Shown here: piece after piece, positions 1 through 13,589 of the stretch | Layout of the letters: every line of letters starts with the position of its first letter | Numbering within the stretch: the stretch's first letter is position 1 | Assembly (NCBI GenBank): GCA_002269645.1 | Contig: NIVC01002892.1 | Location: 67,502-131,501 of the forward strand | DNA: 64,000 bases | Reading direction: 5' to 3' | Origin: Macrostomum lignano | Taxonomy: Eukaryota | Notes under the pieces: generated by a model | Told to the model about the DNA's origin: nothing | Database searches by the model: none | Seen by the model: only the letters and a program-made list of their open reading frames with translations | Position numbers and translations under genes: made by a program

Positions 1-44
1 TAGGGAATCAAAATGTCATGGATTATCTTTATCTTCGATTTTTG

Positions 45-1010
45 TATGCATCCTCTGCTTGATGCATGGCGCCCTCCCTTAGCGCCTCTACTTGATGCAT
101 TGCGCCCTCCCCTAGCGCCTCTGCTTGATGCATTGCGCCCTCCCAAAGCGCCTCTGCTTGATGCATGGCGCCCTCCCTTAGCGCTTCTGCTTGATGCATG
201 GCGCCCTCCCTTAGCGCCTCTGCTTGATGCATGGCGCCCTCCCTTAGCGCCTCTGCTTGATACATGGCGCCCTACAGAATCCAGATTAGCTCTGCTTGAT
301 ACATGGTGCCCTACAGAATCCAGATTAGCTCTGCTTGATACATGGCGCCCTACAGAATCCAGATTAGCTCTGCTTGATGCAAGGCGCCCTACAGAATCCA
401 GATTAGCTATGCTTGATGCAAGGCGCCCTACAGAATCCAGATTAGCTATGCTTGATGCATGGCGCCCTACAGAATCCAGATTAGCTATGCTTGATGCATG
501 GCGCCCTACAGAATCCAGATTAGCTCTGCTTGATGCAAGGCGCCCTACAGAATCCAGATTAGCTCTGCTTGATACGGCGCCCCAGAGAATCCAGATTAGC
601 TATGCTTGATGCAAGGCGCCCTACAGAATCCAGATTAGCTATGCTTGATGCATGGCGCCCTACAGAATCCAGATTAGCTATGCTTGATGCAAGGCGCCCT
701 ACAGAATCCAGATTAGCTCTGCTTGATGCAAGGCGCCCTACAGAATCCAGATTAGCTCTGCTTGATACATGGCGCCCCAGAGAATCCAGATTAGCTATGC
801 TTGATGCATGGCGCCCTACAGAATCCAGATTAGCTATGCTTGATGCAAGGCGCCCTACAGAATCCAGATTAGCTCTGCTTGATGCAAGGCGTCCTACAGA
901 ATCCAGATTAGCTCTGCTTGATACATGGCGCCCTACAGAATCCAGATTAGCTATGCTTGATGCATGGCGCCCTACAGAATCCAGATTAGCTCTATGCTTG
1001 ATGCATGGCA
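45..1010. repeat. Composite minisatellite: 30-bp unit grading into a related 39-bp unit
   Basis: Unit ctgcttgatgcatggcgccctcccttagcgcct-like (30 bp) to about 260, then ctgcttgatgcaaggcgccctacagaatccagattagct (39 bp). The ORFs here are periodic by-products. Confidence 0.95.
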
Positions 1011-1454
1011 TTAGCCGACAAAAAATAACATAAGTCATCAACGTTACCACAATGTATTTGCAGGGGGCTATGCATGCTATATGAGCCATGTACAGCTCTG
1101 CGCTATACAAGCCAGTTGTATTTTATCGGAAATAAAATCGCTCCTAAATGCTATATGCTAAAGCCGAATAGCTGACTGTGAATTTTTCGTAATACATTCG
1201 AATCTGTGTCTGACAACTGGGCCATATTTTCGATATTCTATTCCTATAATTCTTTGCTAGCTGTATAGGCTATAGTTATTGCAAGGGCTTTTAACGGAAC
1301 CCAAGCCCTGCTTTTTTATATATGCGCACAGTTACCCATATGGCCCATAGTCTGTGCGAGTTACAGTTCAAATGTATTATTTGCTTGAGGCTCAACGTTC
1401 AAGATGAAGCATTCTATTGCACGTTGTATGGATAAAGACTATAGCGCCGTCTTA

Positions 1455-2190
1455 TAGATGAATCTGATGTCCTATAGATGAATCAGATATCTTGTAGATG
1501 AATCAGATATCTTTCAGATGATTCAGATGTCTCTTAGATTAATCAGATCTCTTCTAATTCAGACTCTAATATAAATGTCTTATAGATGAATAATATTTCT
1601 TATAGATGAATCGGATGTCTTATAGATGAATCCGATGTTTTATAGATAGATCCTGTCTTATAGATGAATCAGATATCTTATAGATAAATCGGATGTCTTA
1701 GATGAATCAGATATCATTGCAGTTGTTTTATAGATAGATCCTGTCTTATAGATGAATCAGGTGTCTTATAGATGAATCAGGTGTCTTATAGATGAATCGA
1801 ATGTCTAATAGATGAATTCGATGTCTAATAGATAAATCAGATGTCTTATAGATGAATCAGATGTCTTATAGATGAATCAGATGTCTTATAGATGAATCAG
1901 ATGTCTAATAGATGAATCAGGTGTCTTTTGAATGAATCGAATGTCTTATAGATTAATCAAATGTCTTTCAGATGAATCAGATTTCTTATAGATTAATCAA
2001 ATGTCTTTCAGATGAATCAGATTTCTTATAGATTAATAAAATGTCTTTCAGATAAATCAGATTTCTTATAGATGAATCAGATGTCTTATACTTCAAGTTA
2101 ATAGATTAATCAAATTTCTTGTAAATGAATCCAGATTAATATGCTTTTTTCTAGATGATTCCGATGTCTTATAGATGGCTCCGCTGTCTT
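1455..2190. repeat. Degenerate AT-rich 20-bp minisatellite
   Basis: Repeated atagatgaatcagatgtctt with many variants. Confidence 0.9.
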
Positions 2191-2362
2191 ATATACTCTT
2201 AGGAGAATAGTAAATAAGTAAAAAGTCAGTAAGCCGGTCCAAGACTTCGCGTCTTTTTGCAATAAATATTAGTTAGTTTTACATTTTCGTTATTTTTGCG
2301 ATTGTATATCACAGTAAACATTCTGGTGTCTAAAGTATAAGCACTGTGGCGCTGAAATAAGC

Positions 2363-3900
2363 AACAACAACAACAACAACAACAAAATACGCGACCCCGC
2401 ATGCACAGTCACAGTTAGAGCAGGGCGCGTCAGAAGGCGCGCGCTGTAGAGCCTTGGAGCGAATAAAGTCCGCTCCGTTGGCAGTGTCGGGCGCCCCAGC
2501 GTCGCACAGCAGGCAGTCCACGTATCGACGGGTTCGGGCCTGACCCCGCCTGAACGGACCCTGCAAGGTGAGCAGCAGGACGTCCTGAACAGGTTGGGGG
2601 CAGTGCAGTAGCCCTCGGCCCGGATCACGTGACCCGCCAGTTGAAGTCGCCGCCGGCGCAGGATGGTGGACGGGCGCTGCAGCTTGGCCCGATCGTACAG
2701 GGCCTCGGTCCCGACGCTCTCGTCAGCTCGAAAGGCCGCACGGAGCAGCCCTGAGTGCGCCGAGTCCAGCTGCCGCTCCAGCGTAGCCGTCAGCGTCCAC
2801 GTCTCGGCGTTGTACAGCAGGACGGTCTTGACCACCGCCTGCCACAGCCGAGCCCTCTGGCGGTCGGGCAGCGCTTCGGACTGAAGGACGGCTCGGATCG
2901 AACGAAAGGCCACCCAGGCAAGTCCTCTGCGCCTCCGGAGGTCCTCTTCCACGTGGGGCACCAGACCGCCGAGGTAGGTGAACCGCTGGCAGCGTGCGAG
3001 CCTGCAGCCTGGTCGTCTGCCCGTCTGCGCCGCGGCACGTCAGGTCCGCTGGGATGTCGGCCGGCACAGTCAGCACCTCGGTCTTCAGCGTGTTGATGAT
3101 CAGACCGACGCTCGATGCCACTTCGACCAGCCTGTCGATCTGGCCCTGGGCGCCTTCAACGGACGAGGACAGGAGGGCGAGGTCGTCGGCGTAGCCAAGC
3201 ACGCTTAGGCGCTTTTCGCCGTGGCGGCGACCGATGCGTCTGCGCAGCAGGAAGCCGTCATTAGCCGTGGGAGTGCGGTCCGAAGCACCCAGTCCAGCAG
3301 CAGCACGAAGAGGAACGGCGCTAGCGTGTCGCCCTGCAGAACTCCTGATGAAGTATCGAACAGGTCAGACAGGCCGTCCGCCGTCACCACAGCAGCTCGA
3401 GTATCGCAATACAGCGCCATGACAGCGTCGATTAGCTGCTGGGGTACCTGGTAGGCTCGAAAGACAAAGGGAAGCGCGGCTCTCAGCACCGAGTCAAACG
3501 CCTTTCGAAAGTCAACGAAGACAATGATCAGCGTAGACTGGCGGATGCGCGCCTCCTCGATGACACGGCGGAGTGCAAGGATCTGTGTCACTGTACCGCA
3601 TTGCGGCCGGAATCCGTTCTGCTCGTACCGCAGGTACGGGTCCAGCACCGACTGCAGACGATCGAGCAGCAGCCGGTTGAAGAGCTTCGCGAGACATCAG
3701 CGAGATCCCGCGGTGGCCTTCCTTCCGCGTTGTCCCTGCCTTCTTCGGGATGTGCGCGACGGTCCACTCGGTAGGCGCAGGAGCGCCGGCGAGCACGCGG
3801 TTCATGACGCCTGTGACCTGGGAGGCCACACAACGGAGCCGCAGCGCTTCGACCGGGACTTCGTTGGGGCCGAGCGCCTTGCCGCCTGCCTGATCTTTTC
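2363..3900 (-). mobile_element. 5'-truncated, frameshifted RTE-clade non-LTR retrotransposon (RT and C-terminus only)
   Basis: Successive minus-strand frames give KALGPNEVP, GFRPQCGTVTQILALRRVIEEAR, FVDFRKAFDSV, GVLQGDTLAPFLF, LGYADDLALL, VLLYNAETWTLT and RRRRLQLAGHVIR. The element ends in a (GTT)7 tail at 2363-2383. GC-rich relative to flanks. Confidence 0.9.
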
Positions 3901-3935
3901 CGAGCGAACAGCACAACTGTTATTTTACAACAGTG

Positions 3936-4910
3936 AAATAAGCACTGTGGCGCTAAAGTAAGCATTGTGGCGCTGAAATAAGCACTGTGGCGCTGAAATA
4001 AGCACTATGGCGCTAAAGTAAGCATTGTGGCGCTGAAATAAGCACTGTGGCGCTGAAATAAGCACTATGGCGCTAAAGTAAGCATTGTGGCGCTTAAATA
4101 AGCACTGTGGCGCTGAAATAAGCACTGTGGCGCTGAAATAAGCACTGTGGCGCTGAAATAAGCACTGTGGCGCTGAAGTAAGCACTGTGGCGCTGAAATA
4201 AGCACTGTGGCGCTAAAGTAAGCATTGTGGCGCTGAAATAAGCACTGTGGCGCTGAAATAAGCACTATGGCGCTAAAGTAAGCATTGTGGCGCTTAAATA
4301 AGCACTGTGGCGCTGAAATAAGCACTGTGGCGCTGAAATAAGCACTGTGGCGCTGAAATAAGCACTGTGGCGCTGAAGTAAGCATTGTGGCGCTGAAATA
4401 AGCACTGTGGCGCTGAAATAAGCACTGTGGCGCTGAAATAAGCACTGTGGCGCTGAAGTAAGCCTTGTGGCGCTGAAATAAGCACTGTGGCGCTAAATCA
4501 AGCATTGTGGCGCTGAAATAAGCACTGTGGCGCTAAATCAAGCATTGTGGCGCCTAAATGACGCCATGGTAAGCATTTTGCACCAAATTAAGCATCGTGG
4601 CGCCATAATAAGCAGTGTGAGAATGGGGCTATAGCAAGCATTGTGGCGCCAAAGTAAGCATTGTGGCGCCATAATAAGCAGTGTGAGAATGGGGCTATAG
4701 CAAGCATTGTGGCGCCAAAGTAAGCATTGTGGCGCCATAATAAGCAGTGTGAGTATGGGGCTATAGCAAGCATTGTGGCGCCAAAGTAAGCATTGTGGCG
4801 CCATAATAAGCAGTGTGAGTGTGGGGCTATAGCAAGCATTGTGGCGCCAAAGTAAGCATTGTGGCGCCAAAGTAAGCATTGTGGCGCTATAATAAGCAGT
4901 GTGAGTGTGA
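3936..4910. repeat. 20-bp minisatellite with a 66-bp higher-order variant
   Basis: gcactgtggcgctgaaataa units to about 4555, then a 66-bp period (taagcagtgtgag near 4609, 4675, 4741, 4807). One unit also lies at about 2337-2362, on the other side of the RTE. Confidence 0.95.
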
Positions 4911-4931
4911 GGCTATAGTACGCATTGCGGA

Positions 4932-5099
4932 CAGGAGCGTTGCCAAGGGGTGGACACCGGGGACATGTCCCCCTTTGGAGAGGGGACAAATTTTTTGCTG
5001 CTTTTGTATTTTGCTTTTCGTTTCTGCATGTCATATAATAAGGAGATGGATTGGTGTCTCTGCTCTCTCCCCCTGACGGGAATCCTGGCTAAGCGCCTG
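4932..5099. mobile_element. hAT-type MITE (168 bp)
   Basis: Imperfect 14-bp TIRs caggagcgttgcca / tggctaagcgcctg (11 of 14 match). Flanked by 8-bp attgcgga / attgtggc (6 of 8), consistent with a decayed 8-bp TSD. Confidence 0.6.
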
Positions 5100-5636
5100 A
5101 TTGTGGCGTAAAAATGGCGCTTTAGTAAGCATTTTGGCGCCAAAGTAATCAGTGTGGTAAATTAAAATCCACTGGGAAGTAAATATATTGTATTTATATA
5201 ATGAAGTAAATATTCGATCCTATTGGCTACAGTCTCCCAATGCTATAGCAGCGACACTATAAGAGCTGAGGGGAGGCCTCCCTCTCCCACCCCCCCCCCA
5301 CCGACCACCCCACGCCCACCTCCACTCCTCTGCTTCTTCAGTGTCATTCCCGCCGCACAAGCCGCAGCAACCCCATGGCCCCTTGCCCCCCAAGCCGTTG
5401 TTTGATTTTATATCCCCAACCCCCTGTCGCCTCTGCGTTCCTTCCTCTTCCCTCGTCCCGCTCCCCACCCGGTCCCGCCACCCCGCGCGCCCAATGGGGA
5501 AGAGGCTGCTGCATCCGACTGCGCCGCCTTCTACAGGGGATCAGAGCATGTTATTTAGCCTGCTTTGTGATTGTTGATCGACACCTGTTTACCTATCCTA
5601 ACCTTTTTGCTGATAATTCTCCAAAGATCACTGATT

Positions 5637-8197
5637 ACTGCGTGACTCTAAATAGCACTGTGAATTGTGAATCAGTCCCTGCGACTCTAAATAGCACTGT
5701 GAATTGTGAATCAGTCCCTGCGACTCTAAATAGCACTGTGAATTGTGAATCAGTCCCTTCAACTCTAAATAGCACTGTGAATTGTGAATCAGTCACTTCA
5801 ACTCTAAATAGCACTGTGAATTGTGAATCAGTCACTTCAACTCTAAATAGCACTGTGAATTGTGAATCAGTCACTTCAACTCTAAATAGCACTGTGAATT
5901 GTGAATCAGTCCCTGCGACTCTAAATAGCACTGTGAATTGTGAATCAGTCACTGCGACTCTAAATAGCACTGTGAATTGTGAATCAGTCCCTTCAACTCT
6001 AAATAGCACTGTGAATTGTGAATCAGTCCCTGCGACTCTAAATAGCACTGTGAATTGTGAATCAGTCACTGCGACTCTAAATAGCACTGTGAATTGTGAA
6101 TCAGTCACTGCGACTCTAAATAGCACTGTGAATTGTGAATCAGTCCCTTCAACTCTAAATAGCACTGTGAATTGTGAATCAGTCCCTTCAACTCTAAATA
6201 GCACTGTGAATTGTGAATCAGTCCCTTCAACTCTAAATAGCACTGTGAATTGTGAATCAGTCACTTCAACTCTAAATAGCACTGTGAATTGTGAATCAGT
6301 CCCTTCAACTCTAAATAGCACTGTGAATTGTGAATCAGTCACTGCGACTCTAAATAGCACTGTGAATTGTGAATCAGTCCCTGCGACTCTAAATAGCACT
6401 GTGAATTGTGAATCAGTCCCTTCAACTCTAAATAGCACTGTGAATTGTGAATCAGTCACTGCGACTCTAAATAGCACTGTGAATTGTGAATCAGTCACTG
6501 CGACTCTAAATAGCACTGTGAATTGTGAATCAGTCACTTCAACTCTAAATAGCACTGTGAATTGTGAATCAGTCCCTTCAACTCTAAATAGCACTGTGAA
6601 TTGTGAATCAGTCCCTTCAACTCTAAATAGCACTGTGAATTGTGAATCAGTCACTGCGACTCTAAATAGCACTGTGAATTGTGAATCAGTCCCTGCGACT
6701 CTAAATAGCACTGTGAATTGTGAATCAGTCCCTGCGACTCTAAATAGCACTGTGAATTGTGAATCAGTCCCTGCGACTCTAAATAGCACTGTGAATTGTG
6801 AATCAGTCCCTTCAACTCTAAATAGCACTGTGAATTGTGAATCAGTCACTGCGACTCTAAATAGCACTGTGAATTGTGAATCAGTCACTGCGACTCTAAA
6901 TAGCACTGTGAATTGTGAATCAGTCCCTGCGACTCTAAATAGCACTGTGAATTGTGAATCAGTCCCTTCAACTCTAAATAGCACTGTGAATTGTGAATCA
7001 GTCCCTTCAACTCTAAATAGCACTGTGAATTGTGAATCAGTCACTTCAACTCTAAATAGCACTGTGAATTGTGAATCAGTCCCTTCAACTCTAAATAGCA
7101 CTGTGAATTGTGAATCAGTCACTGCGACTCTAAATAGCACTGTGAATTGTGAATCAGTCCCTGCGACTCTAAATAGCACTGTGAATTGTGAATCAGTCCC
7201 TTCAACTCTAAATAGCACTGTGAATTGTGAATCAGTCACTGCGACTCTAAATAGCACTGTGAATTGTGAATCAGTCACTGCGACTCTAAATAGCACTGTG
7301 AATTGTGAATCAGTCACTTCAACTCTAAATAGCACTGTGAATTGTGAATCAGTCCCTTCAACTCTAAATAGCACTGTGAATTGTGAATCAGTCCCTTCAA
7401 CTCTAAATAGCACTGTGAATTGTGAATCAGTCACTGCGACTCTAAATAGCACTGTGAATTGTGAATCAGTCCCTGCGACTCTAAATAGCACTGTGAATTG
7501 TGAATCAGTCCCTGCGACTCTAAATAGCACTGTGAATTGTGAATCAGTCCCTGCGACTCTAAATAGCACTGTGAATTGTGAATCAGTCCCTTCAACTCTA
7601 AATAGCACTGTGAATTGTGAATCAGTCACTGCGACTCTAAATAGCACTGTGAATTGTGAATCAGTCACTGCGACTCTAAATAGCACTGTGAATTGTGAAT
7701 CAGTCACTTCAACTCTAAATAGCACTGTGAATTGTGAATCAGTCCCTTCAACTCTAAATAGCACTGTGAATTGTGAATCAGTCCCTTCAACTCTAAATAG
7801 CACTGTGAATTGTGAATCAGTCACTGCGACTCTAAATAGCACTGTGAATTGTGAATCAGTCCCTGCGACTCTAAATAGCACTGTGAATTGTGAATCAGTC
7901 ACTGCGACTCTAAATAGCACTGTGAATTGTGAATCAGTCCCTGCGACTCTAAATAGCACTGTGAATTGTGAATCAGTCCCTTCAACTCTAAATAGCACTG
8001 TGAATTGTGAATCAGTCACTGCGACTCTAAATAGCACTGTGAATTGTGAATCAGTCACTGCGACTCTAAATAGCACTGTGAATTGTGAATCAGTCACTTC
8101 AACTCTAAATAGCACTGTGAATTGTGAATCAGTCACTTCAACTCTAAATAGCACTGTGAATTGTGAATCAGTCACTTCAACTCTAAATAGCACTGTA
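5637..8197. repeat. 39-bp minisatellite (about 65 copies, four variants, 780-bp higher-order period)
   Basis: Unit gactctaaatagcactgtgaattgtgaatcagtc(c/a)ct(gc/tc). Sequence at 6241 equals 7021 and 6601 equals 7381. Confidence 0.97.
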
Positions 8198-8312
8198 AAG
8201 CCTCACAGAACATTCTGTTTTCTCCCGACTATATAAAAAGTTGGATTAAAAAGAGTCCCTTTTCGAAAATTGCTTTATATAAAGTGTTGTTCAAAACTAC
8301 ACTTAATCTAGA

Positions 8313-8525
8313 ATCTCCCATCTCCACTTCCCCATCTCTCTCTCTCTCCCATCTTCGCCTTCCCATCTGTCCCATCTCCACCTTCCCATCTGTCCCATCT
8401 CCACCTTCCCATCTCTCTCTCATCTTCACCTTCCCATCTCTCCTATCTCCGCCTTCCCATCTCTCCCATCTCCACTTTCCCATCTCTCTCTCCTATCTCT
8501 AATTTCTCATCTCTCTCTCCCATCT
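8313..8525. repeat. Pyrimidine-rich ccatct minisatellite, left block
   Basis: ccatctctcccatctccgccttc-like units, same family as 9270-10885. Confidence 0.85.
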
Positions 8526-8529
8526 TCTC

Positions 8530-8860
8530 GCAGCAAGAGCCTGGCAACCATGGGGTTGTACTTCAAGCCCACCGACAGCCGAGCCCTCATCCACTGCGGC
8601 TCCTTTCATCCTATAAGCGGAAGTCCCAGCTCCTCAGGTACGCCCGGCAGTGCTCCCGGGTGGCCGACTTCGACGTATAGCGTGCACCGGGCTGATGTCG
8701 AATCTGGTGCAGCACCAAGGCTACAGCCGGTATACGACTGACTGAGCTGGGCTTCTACCCGACCAGGCGGTGGGAGCCCTGGCTGCCATAAGGTGAAGGA
8801 CAGGATGACACGGCACTGCGAGACCCCGGTGCTGCCCACCTACACCAAGGCGAGAAGCCT
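8530..8860 (+). mobile_element. Degenerate Penelope-like element fragment (RT thumb/linker)
   Basis: Frameshifted segments LYFKPTDSRALIHCGSFHP, SQLLRYARQCSRVADF, LMSNLVQHQGY and PTYTKARSLRTL follow the motif order of Penelope-type RTs (YxKPT..HP; SQxLR..RICS; L..RGY). Confidence 0.65.
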
Positions 8861-9269
8861 CCGAACTCTATACCTCTTGACGAATTTTCTCGCAGCCTTT
8901 TATTCAAATTCAAACTTTTTATTTACCTTGCCTACTTATTTTCATGCCTTTTATTTTTTCAATTGTTATCTTACACTAAAAGGTTGTTTAGGCCCGGCCC
9001 GCTTGTAATGTTTTAGCCACCCTCTGCATTTCTCAGAGTCTCTGACTCGTTTTAATTTTACGCCTTGCGTACTGTTTTATTCTCTTGTGCACTCCCTCTT
9101 TATCGATTTTTCCTCCCTGGCGTTATCGCCTTGACGGCAATTCGCGCTAAATAAATTTTATTCGCATTCTGCCCTGACCGGACGAACAGTAAACCTACTC
9201 GAAATATCGGCAATAATAAATTTATTGACTTATCAGCCCTTTTTCATCGTGTCAGCGCCTGATATTGGA

Positions 9270-10885
9270 GGTGCCCTCCTCTCTCTCTCTCTTTCTCTCT
9301 CCCATCTCCGCCTTCCCATCTCTCTCCCATCTTCACTTTCCCATCTCTCTCCCATCTCCGCCTTCCCATCTCTCCCATCTCCGTCTTCCCATCTCTCTCC
9401 CATCTCCGCCTTCTTATCTCTCCCATCTCCGCCTTCCCATCTCTCCCTCATCTTCACCTTCCCATCTCTCTCATCTTCACCTTCCCATCTCTCCCATCTC
9501 CGCCTTCCCATCTCTCTCCCATCTCCGCCTTCCCATCTCTCCCTCATCTTCACCTTCCCATCTCTCCCTCATCTTCACCTTCCCATCTCTCCCATCTCCG
9601 CCTTCCCATCTCTCTCCCATCTCCGCCTTCCCATCTCTCTCCCATCTCCGCCTTCCCATCTCTCTCCCATCTCCGCCTTCCCATCTCTATCTCATCTTCA
9701 CCTTCCCATCTCTCCCATCTCCGTCTTCCCATCTCTCCCATCTCCGTCTTCCCATCTCTCTCCCATCTCCGCCTTCCCATCTCTCTCCCATCTTCACTTT
9801 CCCATCTCTCTCCCATCTCCGCCTTCCCATCTCTCTCCCATCTCCGCCTTCCCATCTCTCTCCCATCTCCGCCTTCCCATCTCTCTCCCATCTCCGCCTT
9901 CCCATCTCTCTCCCATCTCCGCCTTCCCATCTCTCTCCCATCTCCGCCTTCCCATCTCTCTCCCTCATCTTCACCTTCCCATCTCTCCCATCTCCGCCTT
10001 CCCATCTCTCCCATCTCCGTCTTCCCATCTCTCTCCCATCTCCGCCTTCTTATCTCTCCCATCTCCGCCTTCCCATCTCTCCCTCATCTTCACCTTCCCA
10101 TCTCTCTCATCTTCACCTTCCCATCTCTCCCATCTCCGCCTTCCCATCTCTCTCCCATCTCCGCCTTCCCATCTCTCCCTCATCTTCACCTTCCCATCTC
10201 TCCCTCATCTTCACCTTCCCATCTCTCCCATCTCCGCCTTCCCATCTCTCTCCCATCTTCGCCTTCCCATCTCTCTCATCTTCACCTTCCCATCTCTCCC
10301 ATCTCCGCCTTCCCATCTCTCTCCCATCTCCGCCTTACCATCTCTCCCTCATCTTCACCTTCCCATCTCTCCTATCTCCGCCTTCCCATCTCTCTCCCAT
10401 CTTCGCCTTCCCATCTCTCTCATCTTCACCTTCCCATCTTTATCTCATCTTCACCTTCCCATCTCTCCCATCTCCGCCTTCCCATCTCTCCCATCTCCGT
10501 CTTCCCATCTCTCCCATCTACGCCTTCCCATCTCTCCCATCTCCGGCTTTCCATCTCTCCCATCTCCGCCTTCCCATCTCTCTCATCTTCACCTTCCCAT
10601 CTCTCCCATCTCCGCCTTCCCATCTCTCCCATCTCCGTCTTCCCATCTCTCCCATCTCCGCCTTTCCATCTCTCCCATCTCCGCCTTTCCATCTCTCTCA
10701 TCTCCGCCTTCCCATCTCTCTCATCTTCACCTTCCCATCTCTCTCATCTCCACCTTCCCATCTCTCCCATCTCCGCCTTCCCATCTCTCTCATCTTCACC
10801 TTCCCATCTCTCCCATCTCCGCCTTCCCATCTCTCCCATCTCCGCCTTCCCATCTCTCCCATCTCCGCCTTCCTATCTCTCTGCC
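9270..10885. repeat. Pyrimidine-rich ccatct minisatellite, main block
   Basis: Variable 21-25-bp units such as ccatctctcccatctccgccttc and ccatctctctcatcttcaccttc. Confidence 0.95.
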
Positions 10886-11639
10886 TTCTTGCTCATCCAA
10901 TGATATTTACCAACTAATTGTGGTAGCAAACAAATATTTTTGTGAATTCATTTTAGTTGACATGCTCATAGAATGATAGAAACAATTGCCAACAACAAGT
11001 CATACCTGCCTTAAACCTGGGCAATACAAACGTATAATAATAAAAATGTAAATATTTTGTACATAACATTATAGCAAGTCAGATAAGCTTAAATAAAATA
11101 GTTAAATCGAAAATAGAGCTTCTCTGTATATTTAAAAACTATGTACGCTCGTACAAAGAAGGCGGAGCTTTGAGCAGGACTATAATAGTAAGCTGCACGA
11201 TATTAAATTATCACACCTATACGAGGGTAAACTGCAGGAACTGACTGATGAAGAATACTCTTCACTTTCTCGTGTCGTGGGCGTGTCGTTTTCGAGAGGC
11301 TTAATAAATGTAATATTATACTTCATACTCGCATAGATAGAAGGCCAAAAGCACGCAGTCATTGAGTCCGCCTTATTATACGTCACAATAAGCTATTTTA
11401 TTAAGCTGATGTAAATAGCTGTCATGCAATTTCATCCCGCGTACGAGTATATATTGGATAAGATGGGATGGCTCCTTTATCATTAAAATCTCTTTAATTA
11501 TTTTTTAGTTTGAGTCGCCTTTTCTTTCTTTGACTCAGAGAGCTTTATTAGGCGTCATAACTTGTGCAATTTGTACAATTTGAAAATGAGTCTAACTATT
11601 TCATTTATACTATTGTTCGATCCTCTGCTTAATTACCTA

Positions 11640-12470
11640 CTGCCTACCATCTCTACCCTCCCTGCCCTCTCTACCCTCCCTGGCCTCTCTACCCTCCCTG
11701 GCCTCTCTACCCTCTCTGGCCTCTCTACCCTCCCTGCCCTCTCTACCCTCTCTGGCCTCTCTACCCTCCCTGGCCTCTCTACCCTCTCTGGCCTCTCTAC
11801 CCTCCCTGCCCTCTCTACCCTCTCTGGCCTCTCTACCCTCCCTGGCCTCTCTACCCTCCCTGGCCTCTCTACCCTCTCTGGCCTCTCTACCCTCCCTGCC
11901 CTCTCTACCCTCTCTGGCCTCTCTACCCTCCCTGGCCTCTCTACCCTCTCTGGCCTCTCTACCCTCCCTGCCCTCTCTACCCTCTCTGGCCTCTCTACCC
12001 TCCCTGGCCTCTCTACCCTCCCTGGCCTCTCTACCCTCTCTGGCCTCTCTACCCTCCCTGCCCTCTCTACCCTCTCTGGCCTCTCTACCCTCCCTGGCCT
12101 CTCTACCCTCTCTGGCCTCTCTACCCTCCCTGCCCTCTCTACCCTCTCTGGCCTCTCTACCCTCCCTGGCCTCTCTACCCTCTCTGGCCTCTCTACCCTC
12201 CCTGCCCTCTCTACCCTCCCTGGCCTCTCTACCCTCCCTCAGGCTCCCCCTGCCCTCTTTACCCGCCCTGCCCCCTCTCTACCCTCCCTGCCCTCTCTAC
12301 CCTCTCTGGCCTCTCTACCCTCCCTGCCCTCTCTACCCTCCCTGGCCTCTCTACCCTCCCTGCCCTCTCTACCCTCCCTGGCCTCTCTACCCTCCCTCAG
12401 GCTCCCCCTGCCCTCTTTACCCGCCCTGCCCCTCTCTACCCTCCCTACCCTCTCTACCCTCCGCACCCTT
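11640..12470. repeat. 18-bp pyrimidine-rich minisatellite
   Basis: ctctctaccctccctggc and variants. Confidence 0.95.
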
Positions 12471-13589
12471 TGCCTCCATTCTCTCTACACTCTCTCCACT
12501 CTTTACCCTTCCCTTTAATGCTTAAGTGTCGTCTTTGCGCCCACCCAGACCGAAGGAAAAGTACAAGACCAGAAAACTCGACTATCAGGAAATTCTCTCC
12601 TTAGTCCCCTTACATAATATTTCTCTAATCTCTATAGATAATCTCCTTCCTCATAGCAGGCCTTCCTTGGTCAGATATTACTTTAATAGCAACAACAACT
12701 AAGCGTAGTAACTAACTCATGCAGTTTTGCTTCACGACCCCATGCAGCTCATTAAATAAATTGTTCGTTTGCTTAGCAAAGTTTAGCAGTTGCCCAGCGC
12801 CTATACTAAAGTAAGCTAAAAAAATTTATGAAAATTATAGTAGCCCAGCTATGCTGCATGGTGCCTTGAAGTATAGAAGGAAATGTAAATGACTGACAAT
12901 CTCTGTACGTCCTATAGTTGCACAGGCCATCGACTATTATTAAGGCTGTATAGTGTTTCAATTCAAGCTTCTTTTTTTGCGGAATTTTCTGCTTTTTAAA
13001 GCCGCGGTTATATAAGCTAGGCTAATGTATAGTTGGAAGTAGTAAAGAGTTGGCCATGGAGAGCGGGGCGGGGGTGGGAGGGTCTGCCCGAGTCCTGCTC
13101 CTGCATATGCTGCATACCTTACTAAGTATTGATCCGGTGGGGGGCAGAGGAGGTTCACAGCCTGTCTCTCCTTTTCGCTCAGTTCGGCCCAACAGGGCCA
13201 CCGTAATTCCGCACTGCATGCCTCTGCCCTGCAGCCTGTGCCAAACTCTACCCCATGGTGTACACTGCACTATGCTAAATGTACACCCGCTGCTGCTGCA
13301 GTTCCTAACCCTGCTCTTCTCTGCCTGTCCCTAATCCTCCCTCTCTTTAGCTGTCCCGCGGCCTCTCTCTCTCGCCCTGGCCTTGCTTCATTTTTAGTTT
13401 TCTAGTATATTCCATCCTTCTTTCGCGCTCTCTCTCTCTCCCCCTCTCTCTCTCTGCTTTGGTGGGCCTACTGCATAAACCAATACTAATGTTATACGGC
13501 TTGTCCTTATGACATTCTTTAAACTGACTAACTAGAAATGCTGTGCATTCCATTGAGTAAAGTTTATTTCAAATATTTCCTCATGGAGG

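Noticed and set aside
5637-8197. CRISPR-like array (also considered for other regular repeats)
   Set aside because: There are no unique spacers and no cas genes, and the context is eukaryotic.
9165-9225. Hammerhead ribozyme downstream of the Penelope-like fragment (ctgaccgga...cgaaa)
   Set aside because: The CUGANGA core is interrupted and helix III and the cleavage triplet cannot be formed convincingly. At best it is a decayed remnant.
11148-11330. Possible isolated host exons (also about 15205-15270 and 15430-15520)
   Set aside because: Short open frames with plausible splice dinucleotides but no recognisable homology. They cannot be supported without transcript data.
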